Part shown: one piece after another, positions 7,956 to 15,086 of the stretch | Position numbering within the stretch: the first letter of the stretch is position 1 | How the letters are laid out: the number at the start of each line of letters is the position of its first letter | UHGV virus genome: UHGV-0392850 | Strand: one strand, 5' to 3' | Length of the DNA: 34,823 nt | Source of the DNA: a virus | The notes under the pieces: generated by a model | The model's database searches: none | What the model was told of the DNA's origin: nothing | Seen by the model: only the letters and a program-made list of their open reading frames with translations | Program-made: the position numbers and the translations under genes

Positions 7956-8130
7956 GCTTGTCCTCCCTTATTTTTACGGATCTCTTTCCGCGCTCTTCCA
8001 ATCTGACGCGATAGTTCGTTAGATACGAGATTGCGACTTGCTTCTGCTCCTCAGAATCACCGTCTATCTTTTCTACGGATTTCAGAGTCTGGATAAATTT
8101 CTCGATCTTGTTTACTGTTAGCCTTTTCAC
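7945..8130 (-). CDS. hypothetical small protein (GTG start)
   Basis: 61 aa. GTG start with a GGAGGA RBS 6 nt upstream. Confidence 0.4.
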   Translation of the reverse strand: MKRLTVNKIEKFIQTLKSVEKIDGDSEEQKQVAISYLTNYRVRLEERGKRSVKIREDKHGN

Positions 8131-8152
8131 AGCTTGTCCTCCATTCTACCGC

Positions 8153-8290
8153 CTAAGCGGTTTTCTCTTCCGTGTAATTTCTTGCTGTCAGAGCTTTCCG
8201 GTTTAATTTTTCTGCAAATAATTCAGCGTCCGGCAAGTCTTTAACTTCCACTTCTTTTCCGTTGATTACTACAATGTTCTTTATAGTCAT
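8153..8290 (-). CDS. small hypothetical protein (45 aa); not in the ORF track
   Basis: Translation MTIKNIVVINGKEVEVKDLPDAELFAEKLNRKALTARNYTEEKTA*. A GAGGTGGTG RBS precedes the ATG at 8288-8290. Confidence 0.35.
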   Translation of the reverse strand: MTIKNIVVINGKEVEVKDLPDAELFAEKLNRKALTARNYTEEKTA

Positions 8291-8343
8291 TCACACCACC
8301 TCTCTAATATGTATGACGGATGGTTTGTCCGAGATATGTTGTC

Positions 8344-8499
8344 CTAGTCATCTTCTTTTTCTTTATTTTCTTCGTTCTTCTGGCTCTTCTGAGATGCCAT
8401 AGCTTCTGCAAAGCCGAGAAAATACCCTTTATTCATGTCCGACATATCCGGCAGTGCTTGCGCCACTTTTCTGATGATTTCTTTCTCTTTTTCGCTCAT
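8344..8499 (-). CDS. small hypothetical protein (51 aa); not in the ORF track
   Basis: Translation MSEKEKEIIRKVAQALPDMSDMNKGYFLGFAEAMASQKSQKNEENKEKEDD*. A TAGGAGGT RBS lies 5 nt before the ATG at 8497-8499. Confidence 0.4.
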   Translation of the reverse strand: MSEKEKEIIRKVAQALPDMSDMNKGYFLGFAEAMASQKSQKNEENKEKEDD

Positions 8500-8508
8500 G
8501 TGTACCTC

Positions 8509-9186
8509 CTATGCTACATTCAGGAATTTGTTGATAAAATACTGCTGTCCTTTGCCGGTTACTTTTGTGGTTTTGTTAATCCGAACGGAACCATCTGGAT
8601 TCATAGCTGTTGTCTCTTTCACTTCAAACAGCCCTAAATTCATAGATTTCTGTGTGGGCGAGTTCCATTCCGTTCCTTTTCTCTTACTCAGATATCCATT
8701 TTCACGCAACCACTCAAATAAGCGCTTCTGCCCTGTTTCAACGCCGTTCTGTTTCAAAATCTTCGCCAGATCGCCGATTAAGATGGATGTATGACTGGTA
8801 GCGACAGCATCCGCAAATATCGCTTTCGGCTTCATTTCCTCAATCTGCGCTGTCTGCTCTTCAATGGTCTTATGCGCTTCCAGAACTGCCAGTGCAAGAA
8901 GTTCTTTACCCTGCGGAACGTGCTCTTTGATGATATTTTCCATCTCATGAAACCGTTTGATGTATTTTGCTGTGAACTCCGTCCCTTTGACTCCTGTGAG
9001 TTTGTGGGCGATAAATTCGCAGCCCTCTTTTGTGATTAAATAGCACGGGTATTCTTTTCCGCGACGCTTATATGTAGATTCATGGAAGAAATCTGACGGC
9101 TCAAAATTGAGCTGTGAAAATTCTTCTAAATACCCTCTTATGTCTCTGATGATGTTCTTGTGTTCCTTTCCAACCATTTCAGCCAC
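8509..9186 (-). CDS. phage antirepressor/regulatory protein (Rha-like N-terminus plus KilAC/ANT-like C-terminal domain)
   Basis: The N-terminus GKEHKNIIRDIRGYLEEF matches the Rha family signature. The 225-aa size and two-domain layout are typical of Firmicute phage antirepressors. Confidence 0.55.
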   Translation of the reverse strand: MAEMVGKEHKNIIRDIRGYLEEFSQLNFEPSDFFHESTYKRRGKEYPCYLITKEGCEFIAHKLTGVKGTEFTAKYIKRFHEMENIIKEHVPQGKELLALAVLEAHKTIEEQTAQIEEMKPKAIFADAVATSHTSILIGDLAKILKQNGVETGQKRLFEWLRENGYLSKRKGTEWNSPTQKSMNLGLFEVKETTAMNPDGSVRINKTTKVTGKGQQYFINKFLNVA

Positions 9187-9270
9187 TTCTCGGCTATCTA
9201 ATTTTTACTGCAATTTGTTCAATACCTTTTACCTCCTATTTTTATTGCCGTCGTAACCTCCGTGGCGGGA

Positions 9271-9309
9271 TTGCTTTCTTTTTGTTTATCTCCTATACTG
9301 TAAATACAG
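9271..9309 (+). promoter_or_regulatory. sigma70-like promoter TTGCTT-17-TATACT with overlapping palindrome CTGTAaaTACAG (candidate operator)
   Basis: -35 at 9271-9276, a 17-nt spacer, and -10 at 9294-9299. The 12-bp inverted repeat at 9298-9309 straddles the predicted start site. It lies 40 nt upstream of the plus-strand gene at 9349. Confidence 0.4.
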
Positions 9310-9348
9310 GGCACTGCCATGCCTGAGTATTACGAAAGGAGCGATTTT

Positions 9349-9576
9349 ATGAGACGTTGTAATTCGCCATTTAACGGCAATCGCTATGTGCTTAATAAAA
9401 ACACTGGTGAAATCCATGATTTAGACCGCGAAACCTCGTGCTGCCGCATAAATGATATAAAGTCCGAACATATCTTTAATTGCAGTTCCTATGAGGAAGC
9501 TGTTGTTTTTTCTTCCATGCTTGACATCAGAAGAAACGGATGCGCTCACTGCATGCCAGAGAAAAACAACGGATAA
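9349..9576 (+). CDS. small Cys-rich protein (75 aa); lone plus-strand gene in the early region (moron or regulator)
   Basis: An AAAGGAG RBS at 9335-9341 sits 7 nt before the ATG at 9349, so I prefer this start over the track start at 9319. Cysteines fall in CNSPF, SCCRIN and NGCAHCMPE. The gene has its own promoter. Confidence 0.45.
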   Translation: MRRCNSPFNGNRYVLNKNTGEIHDLDRETSCCRINDIKSEHIFNCSSYEEAVVFSSMLDIRRNGCAHCMPEKNNG

Positions 9577-9968
9577 CCATTAAGAGCTGCTTCTTTTAAA
9601 TGAGGTAGCTCTTTTTCAGGCATCTCCTCTTCAAGAAGTTCTGCAAATGCTTCAGGAGTTTTTTTGACTTCGATCAAGCCAAATACCATATTAGAAAACT
9701 CTTTCTCTCTAGTAATGGATTTCAATACATCGAATTTTTTTATCTTTCTATCCTTATTTTCTTCGTCAAGACCTATAAACTCATCGATATATTTTTCGAT
9801 ACGTTCAACCCCCTGAATTTCTTCGCGCAACTCTTCTGGTTGTTCAAGAATTTTTTTTGCAGTATTCCTGATTAAATTCTCCGTATTTTCCTTCTGAATT
9901 TTGATGTCATCTTCACACTTTTTGATGCGATACAGCAAGCAATCCCATGATCGTCTTGAAACCCACAT
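9546..9968 (-). CDS. early protein, first gene of the leftward (lytic/early) operon; function unknown
   Basis: An internal ATG at 9966-9968 is preceded by a GAGGTGA RBS (MWVSRRSWDCLLYRIKK...). The track start at 10061 is a TTG lying inside the promoter. Confidence 0.45.
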   Translation of the reverse strand: MWVSRRSWDCLLYRIKKCEDDIKIQKENTENLIRNTAKKILEQPEELREEIQGVERIEKYIDEFIGLDEENKDRKIKKFDVLKSITREKEFSNMVFGLIEVKKTPEAFAELLEEEMPEKELPHLKEAALNGYPLFFSGMQ

Positions 9969-10046
9969 CTTTCTCACCTCGCTTTCTTTTTCCCCGTCAT
10001 GCCGATAGGTCAGCGTTTTTTTTGTTTTGGTTTGTGTTGTTGCTTT

Positions 10047-10090
10047 CTTGTTGATGAACAAATCATAACTCGTTTTATTTTGTTTGTCAA
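10047..10090 (-). promoter_or_regulatory. leftward sigma70 promoter TTGACA-17-TATGAT plus operator CTTGTTgatgAACAA
   Basis: On the minus strand, TTGACA is the revcomp of 10085-10090, the spacer is 17 nt, and TATGAT is the revcomp of 10062-10067. The palindrome at 10047-10061 sits at about +1 to +15. Confidence 0.5.
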
Positions 10091-10119
10091 TAAGATTTTT
10101 AAAAAAATTAAATATTTTT

Positions 10120-10152
10120 CTTGTTGACTAACAAGTATAATAATGATATACT
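10120..10152 (+). promoter_or_regulatory. rightward sigma70 promoter TTGACT-17-TATACT with operator CTTGTTgactAACAAG over the -35
   Basis: -35 at 10124-10129 and -10 at 10147-10152. A perfect 6-4-6 palindrome occupies 10120-10135. A GGAGGA RBS and a TTG start at 10176 follow. Confidence 0.5.
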
Positions 10153-10175
10153 GATTTCAGAAAGGAGGAAGCCTT

Positions 10176-10559
10176 TTGGAATTAAATATAGGAGAAAGAA
10201 TTGAAATCTTAAGAAAAGACTTAAGTATGTCCAGGAGAGTTTTTGGAGAAAGGCTTGGCGTCAGTGAAAGCGTTATTGTTAATATAGAATACGATCGCTT
10301 GAAACGCCCAGATCAAAAAGAATCCTTATATAAGTTGATTTGTAAAGAGTTCAATGTGAACGAAGAATGGTTAAGAACCGGAAACGGTGAAATGTTTATC
10401 CAATTAACAAGAGACCAGTTGATTACAGACTTTGCTGCTGATCTTATAATGGAAAATGATACATTTAAAAAAAGATTAGTAGAAGCTCTTGCAAAGCTGG
10501 ATGAAAGTGAATGGGATGTCCTAGAAAAGCTCGCAGAGAGCTTAATTAAAAAAGACTAG
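10176..10559 (+). CDS. cI-like repressor, XRE-family HTH protein (127 aa) transcribed in the integrase direction
   Basis: N-terminal HTH IGERIEILRKDLSMSRRVFGERLGVSESVIVNIE plus a C-terminal helical domain. It is divergent from the early operon. The hairpin CTAGGGtttcCCCTAG at 10556-10571 includes the stop codon. Confidence 0.6.
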   Translation: MELNIGERIEILRKDLSMSRRVFGERLGVSESVIVNIEYDRLKRPDQKESLYKLICKEFNVNEEWLRTGNGEMFIQLTRDQLITDFAADLIMENDTFKKRLVEALAKLDESEWDVLEKLAESLIKKD

Positions 10560-10715
10560 GGTTTCCCCTAGCCTAAAAGCTTTATGCAGAATCGGTACAC
10601 AAGTTCCAACACCTCAATATTGTTGGACTTGTTGACCAATTCGATGATAAGTTTTTTGTAGTCCATTTCGTAATCCCCCTAACTGCAAAAACACATGTTC
10701 GAAATCCCTGAACAT

Positions 10716-10744
10716 ATAATACTATTTCAGTGGATAAAAATCAA
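10716..10744 (-). promoter_or_regulatory. candidate minus-strand promoter TTGATT-17-TATTAT flanked by TGTTCGAA boxes
   Basis: TTGATT is the revcomp of 10739-10744 and TATTAT the revcomp of 10716-10721. Boxes TGTTCGAAA (10696-10704) and perfect palindrome TGTTCGAACA (10750-10759) lie about 54 bp apart, centred on the promoter. Confidence 0.35.
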
Positions 10745-10863
10745 TATTTTGTTCGAACATTTGTTCTGTTATTTTTTGGTACTTATGTACCTCTCTATTA
10801 AGTTAACAATCTAAAATCGGGAAACTTACGCGAAAATGGACAATCGTCCCATATCTGGGACAC

Positions 10864-11061
10864 TTATTGATATGGAGAGTCGATAAGGTCAGAAATTCGG
10901 ACTTTTAAGCCCTTGGCAAGCAATTCCAGCGTGTCGGCTGTCGGTGATATTTCACCGTTTGCAATACGGTTAATCGTTGATTTTGATATTCCGGTCGCAA
11001 TGGATACTTGCCGGACTGATAGATTTTTCTTAAGCATGATCTTATTGAGTAGTATTTTCAT
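10864..11061 (-). CDS. small XRE-family HTH protein (66 aa), Cro-like or second regulator
   Basis: MKILLNKIMLKKNLSVRQVSIATGISKSTINRIANGEISPTADTLELLAKGLKVRISDLIDSPYQ is a canonical HTH_XRE. I rejected the long N-terminal extension of track ORF 10864..11241: it is low-complexity and overlaps the lipoprotein gene. Confidence 0.5.
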   Translation of the reverse strand: MKILLNKIMLKKNLSVRQVSIATGISKSTINRIANGEISPTADTLELLAKGLKVRISDLIDSPYQ

Positions 11062-11188
11062 AGTGGTTTTATTGTAGTATATTCCAGATCTGGAAACTAC
11101 AGGTAAATAATGGTAATAATACGATATAACCGCTTCGGCGTTTATATAGAGTAAAGTGGTGTTGAGGTACAGGAGAAAAGAGGAAAAT

Positions 11189-11719
11189 ATGAAAAAGAAA
11201 ATTGTAGCAATGTTATTAGTAGGAGCTATGGCATTATCCATTACAGCATGTGGTGGAGATGCCGAACCATCCAGAGACGCCGAGACAACGACAGAAGCAA
11301 CAACAGAGCAGAAAGAAGAGCCAAAAGAAGAAGCTCAGCCAGTGGATGACGGAATCATAGATTTTACAGCAGAAAAATTTAATGTAAAATATGTACGACA
11401 TGAATTTGCGAATGATTATGAGGGAAATAAATGTCTGCTTTACTATTATACCTTTACAAATAATTCGGACGAAAACGCAACAGCTGGAATTGCTGCAAAC
11501 GTACAGTGTTTTCAGGACGGTGGCGAGTGTGAAATGGGAATTATGGCAGAACAGAACGACTCTATGAACAATTACGCTATAAATGAAGTGCAGCCGGGTG
11601 GAACGGTTGAAGTATGCCAGGTATATAAATTGAAGAGTGATACTGAGCTCACAATCGAAGCATCCGATATGATATCGTTTGACAACAAGAAGGATACTCA
11701 GAAAATCGCCGTGCAATAA
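11189..11719 (+). CDS. secreted lipoprotein (moron between the switch and the integrase; candidate superinfection-exclusion factor)
   Basis: Signal peptide plus lipobox MKKKIVAMLLVGAMALSITAC. A GAGGA RBS precedes the ATG at 11189. The mature part is Thr/Glu-rich and then globular. The track ORF starts 33 nt upstream of this ATG. Confidence 0.65.
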   Translation: MKKKIVAMLLVGAMALSITACGGDAEPSRDAETTTEATTEQKEEPKEEAQPVDDGIIDFTAEKFNVKYVRHEFANDYEGNKCLLYYYTFTNNSDENATAGIAANVQCFQDGGECEMGIMAEQNDSMNNYAINEVQPGGTVEVCQVYKLKSDTELTIEASDMISFDNKKDTQKIAVQ

Positions 11720-11900
11720 AATAAAAAACCGCCCCAGTGCTACCAACACTGAGACGGTCTACATATCCGAAGATATGCGATTGAAATCCAAGAATATTGT
11801 ATCATCTTCGGAAACAGCTTGCAATCCAGAACATTTGTTCATGTGCTGGCTGTTATTTTTGTACTCGTTTTTGCATAAAATTAAATAAGGAGATGATAAC

Positions 11901-13376
11901 ATGGAAACGCAATATGCTTTTGGATACGTCCGTGTATCCACTGGAAAGCAAGACGAATTATCCCCAGATTCCCAAGCAAAGCTGTTAAAAGATTACGCAA
12001 AGAGTCACGGGTATGTGGTGTCTAAGATTTTTTACGAGGTCGGGATTTCTGGAAGAAAAGCTGATAAGCGCCCGGAGTTCCAAAAAATGATTGGACTCGC
12101 AAAAGCATCAGATCATCCAGCAGATGCCATTCTTGTCTGGAAATATAGCCGATTTGCGAGAAACCAAGAAGAAAGTATCGTATACAAGTCTCTTCTCAAA
12201 AAGAAGCACAATGTGGATGTCATAAGCGTGTCAGAACCGTTGGTAGATGGCCCATTTGGCTCTCTGATAGAGCGAATCATCGAGTGGATGGACGAATATT
12301 ATTCCGTTCGTCTCTCCGGAGAAGTAACCAGAGGAATGAAGGAGAAGGCAGAAAGAGGTGGATACCAAGCACGCCCACCGCTCGGGTATAAGATCGTGAC
12401 TCATAAGGAACCTCCGGTAATCGTTCCCGAAGAAGCGGAAATTGTGAAACTGATTTTTGAAAAGTATGCGAACGAAAACTTAGGCATATTTGAAATTGCT
12501 AGGCTTTTAAATATGCATAATTTCAAAACCTCGCACGGGAAAGAATTTGAACGCCGATCTATCGAATATATCTTGCAGAATCCTACTTACTGCGGTATGA
12601 TACGTTGGAATCGGACAATCAATGAATCCAACGAAATCCGCCCGGAAAGCGAATGGATTGTCACCGATGGGGAACATCCTGCAATCATAAGCAAGGAGCT
12701 ATTCGATAAAGCACAGGAACGATACAAGAGAGAATACAGGCCACGTGGTTCGAGACCAGTAAGCACATACAAGCACTGGTTGTCTGGTGTCGTTAAGTGC
12801 CCAGCGTGCGGCAGGACAATGACTGCAAACACGATCAGAAATAACACAAGAGTGTACTCTCATTTTAGGTGCTATGGATACACAAAGGGGAAATGCATGG
12901 CGAACAACTCTATCAGCTCAATCAAGTTAGAACCTGCAGTACTGGAATCCATCAAAACTGTGCTTGATAGCGGTAAAATCACATACCGAAAGATTGAAGC
13001 CAAAACCGATGACACTGTGGACTTAAAAACCATACTGGAAGACCAGATCAAAAAGATCGATGTGAAACTGCAAAGAATCAAAGAAGCCTACATGAACGGG
13101 ATTGACACTATGGAAGAATACAAGGAAAATAAACAGGCTGTACAAGAAGAAAAACAACACCTTGAAAAACAACTGTCCGAAATCAAGGAAGAAAAAAGCA
13201 ACAGCAAAGATGATGACGAGGACATGCTGCTAAGGGTGAAAAATGTGTACGATATTCTCTCTTCCGACTCTGTTGATGCGACAACCAAGAATGATGTGCT
13301 CAGGAGTGTTGTAGAAAAAATCATCTACGAAAAGGATAAGGACTTGTTAAAGGTTTATTACTACTACATGCCGTAA
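11901..13376 (+). CDS. large serine recombinase (phage integrase, resolvase/invertase N-terminal catalytic domain)
   Basis: YAFGYVRVSTGKQDELSPDSQ contains the catalytic serine. A recombinase domain, Cys-containing zinc-ribbon region and coiled-coil C-terminus give 491 aa. An AAGGAG RBS is present. Confidence 0.85.
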   Translation: METQYAFGYVRVSTGKQDELSPDSQAKLLKDYAKSHGYVVSKIFYEVGISGRKADKRPEFQKMIGLAKASDHPADAILVWKYSRFARNQEESIVYKSLLKKKHNVDVISVSEPLVDGPFGSLIERIIEWMDEYYSVRLSGEVTRGMKEKAERGGYQARPPLGYKIVTHKEPPVIVPEEAEIVKLIFEKYANENLGIFEIARLLNMHNFKTSHGKEFERRSIEYILQNPTYCGMIRWNRTINESNEIRPESEWIVTDGEHPAIISKELFDKAQERYKREYRPRGSRPVSTYKHWLSGVVKCPACGRTMTANTIRNNTRVYSHFRCYGYTKGKCMANNSISSIKLEPAVLESIKTVLDSGKITYRKIEAKTDDTVDLKTILEDQIKKIDVKLQRIKEAYMNGIDTMEEYKENKQAVQEEKQHLEKQLSEIKEEKSNSKDDDEDMLLRVKNVYDILSSDSVDATTKNDVLRSVVEKIIYEKDKDLLKVYYYYMP

Positions 13377-13497
13377 ACCCTTGAAAACACTGGGTTTGCT
13401 GGTGTTTGTAGGTTGTTACAAAAAGGTCAACCTTTTCTCAAGAGCGTACAATTATTTTTCTACCTATTATAAAGAAGTAAAAATGATACAATATTCA

Positions 13498-13530
13498 CCC
13501 CTCAGAGAGCTGATCTCCGAGGGGGTTTTT
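13498..13530 (+). terminator. Rho-independent terminator after the recombinase gene (convergent with the endolysin)
   Basis: Stem CCCCTCaGAG / CTCcGAGGGG with an 8-nt loop, followed by TTTTT at 13526-13530. It sits between the convergent stops of the integrase (13376) and the amidase (13532). Confidence 0.55.
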
Positions 13531-13531
13531 A

Positions 13532-14506
13532 TTAGAACAACTGGAACCGATCGATTGCCTGTCCGAACGCTCCAGCATATCCGTCCTGTCCGTTTCCAGT
13601 CTCGTTATCATACTGCCATGACCAGTAAGCTCCATTTACAGGGCTGACACGGTACTGGGCTTTCTGGTAGCCGTATTTTGCCGCATAATCTGCTGGAGTA
13701 TTGTAGTACACCTCGATTGCGTCAATTGGCTGTCCTGTACCGGCATAACCATTATTGTGATCTTTCCAGTTGCATCCTGTCACATAAGGTAGCCACCCTC
13801 TTCCGATCACGTGGACTCTGTATTTTACGGAGCCTTTGTCTACCTTAATAGCTACATCCGTGATGCGCTTGCCCTGAATCCCGGCAAAGTCTGTAAGATT
13901 CCGCACGAACGGCAAGATGCGTCCGTCCTCCAGTTTGACGGCGTAAGTAAATACTACTTCCGGCTGTCTCTGTGCAGCTTGAGCCTGCGCCTGTCCTCCA
14001 GATACATAAGTTGGCGGCGTGACATTACCACCCATGTACTCCTTAATCCGTTTAATAAAGTAGGATTTTGTAGCTTCCCTGCCACCGTGAATCTCCACAG
14101 ATCTGTGAGGGCAAGATGTAGCATACACTTCCTGATGTAGCCTTATCGTGCTTGTACTTGGTGTGATTCCATATTGCTTGCACTTCTGTGCTGCCAGCTG
14201 CAATGCTTTTTCCTCATTTGCTTTAAATACATCCAGATCACCCATACTCTGACACGTTTCGATGCCGAGATAATTTAAGTTCCCGTTTGTGTCTCCGCAG
14301 TGCCAAGCGCAATTCCAGTCATCCTCTGCCTGCAAGATTCCATCCTGCGCTACATAATAGTGCGCAAATCCGTTTTCCAGAGGATGTGTCTGTAACCAAT
14401 TTCTATAAAATTCTGCATTGGCGTTCTTGCTTCCAGCGTCATTGTGGAAAAAAATTCCTACTGGATTTCTTCCTCTGTTTCCTGCTACTCCACGACAAAT
14501 ACTCAT
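13532..14506 (-). CDS. endolysin: N-acetylmuramoyl-L-alanine amidase (Amidase_2/PGRP fold) with C-terminal cell-wall-binding region
   Basis: GIFFHNDAG, AHYYV and CAWHCG are hallmarks of zinc amidases. A GGAAGGAGAG RBS precedes the ATG at 14504-14506. The track start at 14539 is TTG. Confidence 0.75.
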   Translation of the reverse strand: MSICRGVAGNRGRNPVGIFFHNDAGSKNANAEFYRNWLQTHPLENGFAHYYVAQDGILQAEDDWNCAWHCGDTNGNLNYLGIETCQSMGDLDVFKANEEKALQLAAQKCKQYGITPSTSTIRLHQEVYATSCPHRSVEIHGGREATKSYFIKRIKEYMGGNVTPPTYVSGGQAQAQAAQRQPEVVFTYAVKLEDGRILPFVRNLTDFAGIQGKRITDVAIKVDKGSVKYRVHVIGRGWLPYVTGCNWKDHNNGYAGTGQPIDAIEVYYNTPADYAAKYGYQKAQYRVSPVNGAYWSWQYDNETGNGQDGYAGAFGQAIDRFQLF

Positions 14507-14552
14507 GTTTTTCTCTCCTTCCCGTGCGATGACGCACAATAAAAGAGGACGA

Positions 14553-15005
14553 TTACTCGCCCTCCTGCTCCCGTGATTTATTTGTTAAAACATCCAGTGC
14601 TTTTTTTAACGCTTCCGGATATTTCACACCCATAATTCCAACATTTTCCAAAATCGAGATACCCTCATTTGCTATAAATGCCAGTACTACGGCTGTGCGG
14701 ATGTAGTCTACGCCGAGAGTGACATCCAGCCGATATGCAATAAGTACGATCAGTAGGGATACCCCTTTTCTGCACAGACCTTTCCATGCAGAGTAGCTGC
14801 TCAGTGCCCCGTTCTCTGATTTGTTGCTCTTTTTCCAAAAGGCAGCGATCAGAAGTCCGAGAACAAAGTCTGCTCCCATAAAAATAAGTAATGTAGTCAA
14901 ATCCTCGGACCATCCTCCAATCAGATTTACAAATCCTCCAACAATGGCTCCAAACACCATGCATAAAAACGCTTTTACATTTGCCAACTGTTCCATTTTC
15001 TTCAT
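14553..15005 (-). CDS. holin (phage_holin_4/TcdE-like, three predicted TM helices)
   Basis: 150 aa with three hydrophobic segments and a charged C-terminus. It lies directly upstream of the amidase. A GTGAGGA RBS is present. Confidence 0.65.
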   Translation of the reverse strand: MKKMEQLANVKAFLCMVFGAIVGGFVNLIGGWSEDLTTLLIFMGADFVLGLLIAAFWKKSNKSENGALSSYSAWKGLCRKGVSLLIVLIAYRLDVTLGVDYIRTAVVLAFIANEGISILENVGIMGVKYPEALKKALDVLTNKSREQEGE

Positions 15006-15029
15006 ATCCTCACTTTCCTTTCTGGTTTT

Positions 15030-15060
15030 AAGTATAAAAATAAGACCAACACGGTCTTGC
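15030..15060 (-). terminator. candidate terminator/attenuator between the tail fibre and holin genes
   Basis: Minus-strand hairpin AAGACCguguuGGUCUU (15042-15058) followed by AUUUUUAU. Confidence 0.4.
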
Positions 15061-15086
15061 CCTAATCTCCATATAATCTCCTTTAA

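Noticed and set aside
9298-9309. CTGTAaaTACAG as a LexA (SOS) box
   Set aside because: The E. coli-type LexA box is CTGT-N8-ACAG, and Firmicute LexA boxes are GAAC-N4-GTTC. This site has CTGT-N4-ACAG spacing, so it is more likely an operator for a phage-encoded regulator.
10864-11241. Full 125-aa version of the small HTH ORF
   Set aside because: The N-terminal 59 residues are hydrophobic low-complexity (IATIFFFIFSSFLLYLNTTLLYI) with no RBS. They also overlap the lipoprotein start on the other strand. The internal ATG at 11061 yields a clean 66-aa HTH_XRE protein.
11234-11749. 171-aa minus-strand ORF antisense to the lipoprotein gene
   Set aside because: It is a Cys/Phe/Leu-rich antisense translation with no RBS. 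The plus-strand lipoprotein has a signal peptide, lipobox and RBS.
13381-13647. 88-aa plus-strand ORF downstream of the integrase
   Set aside because: It spans the intergenic terminator and runs antisense into the endolysin 3' end. It has no RBS. The region is better explained as att, terminator and regulatory DNA.
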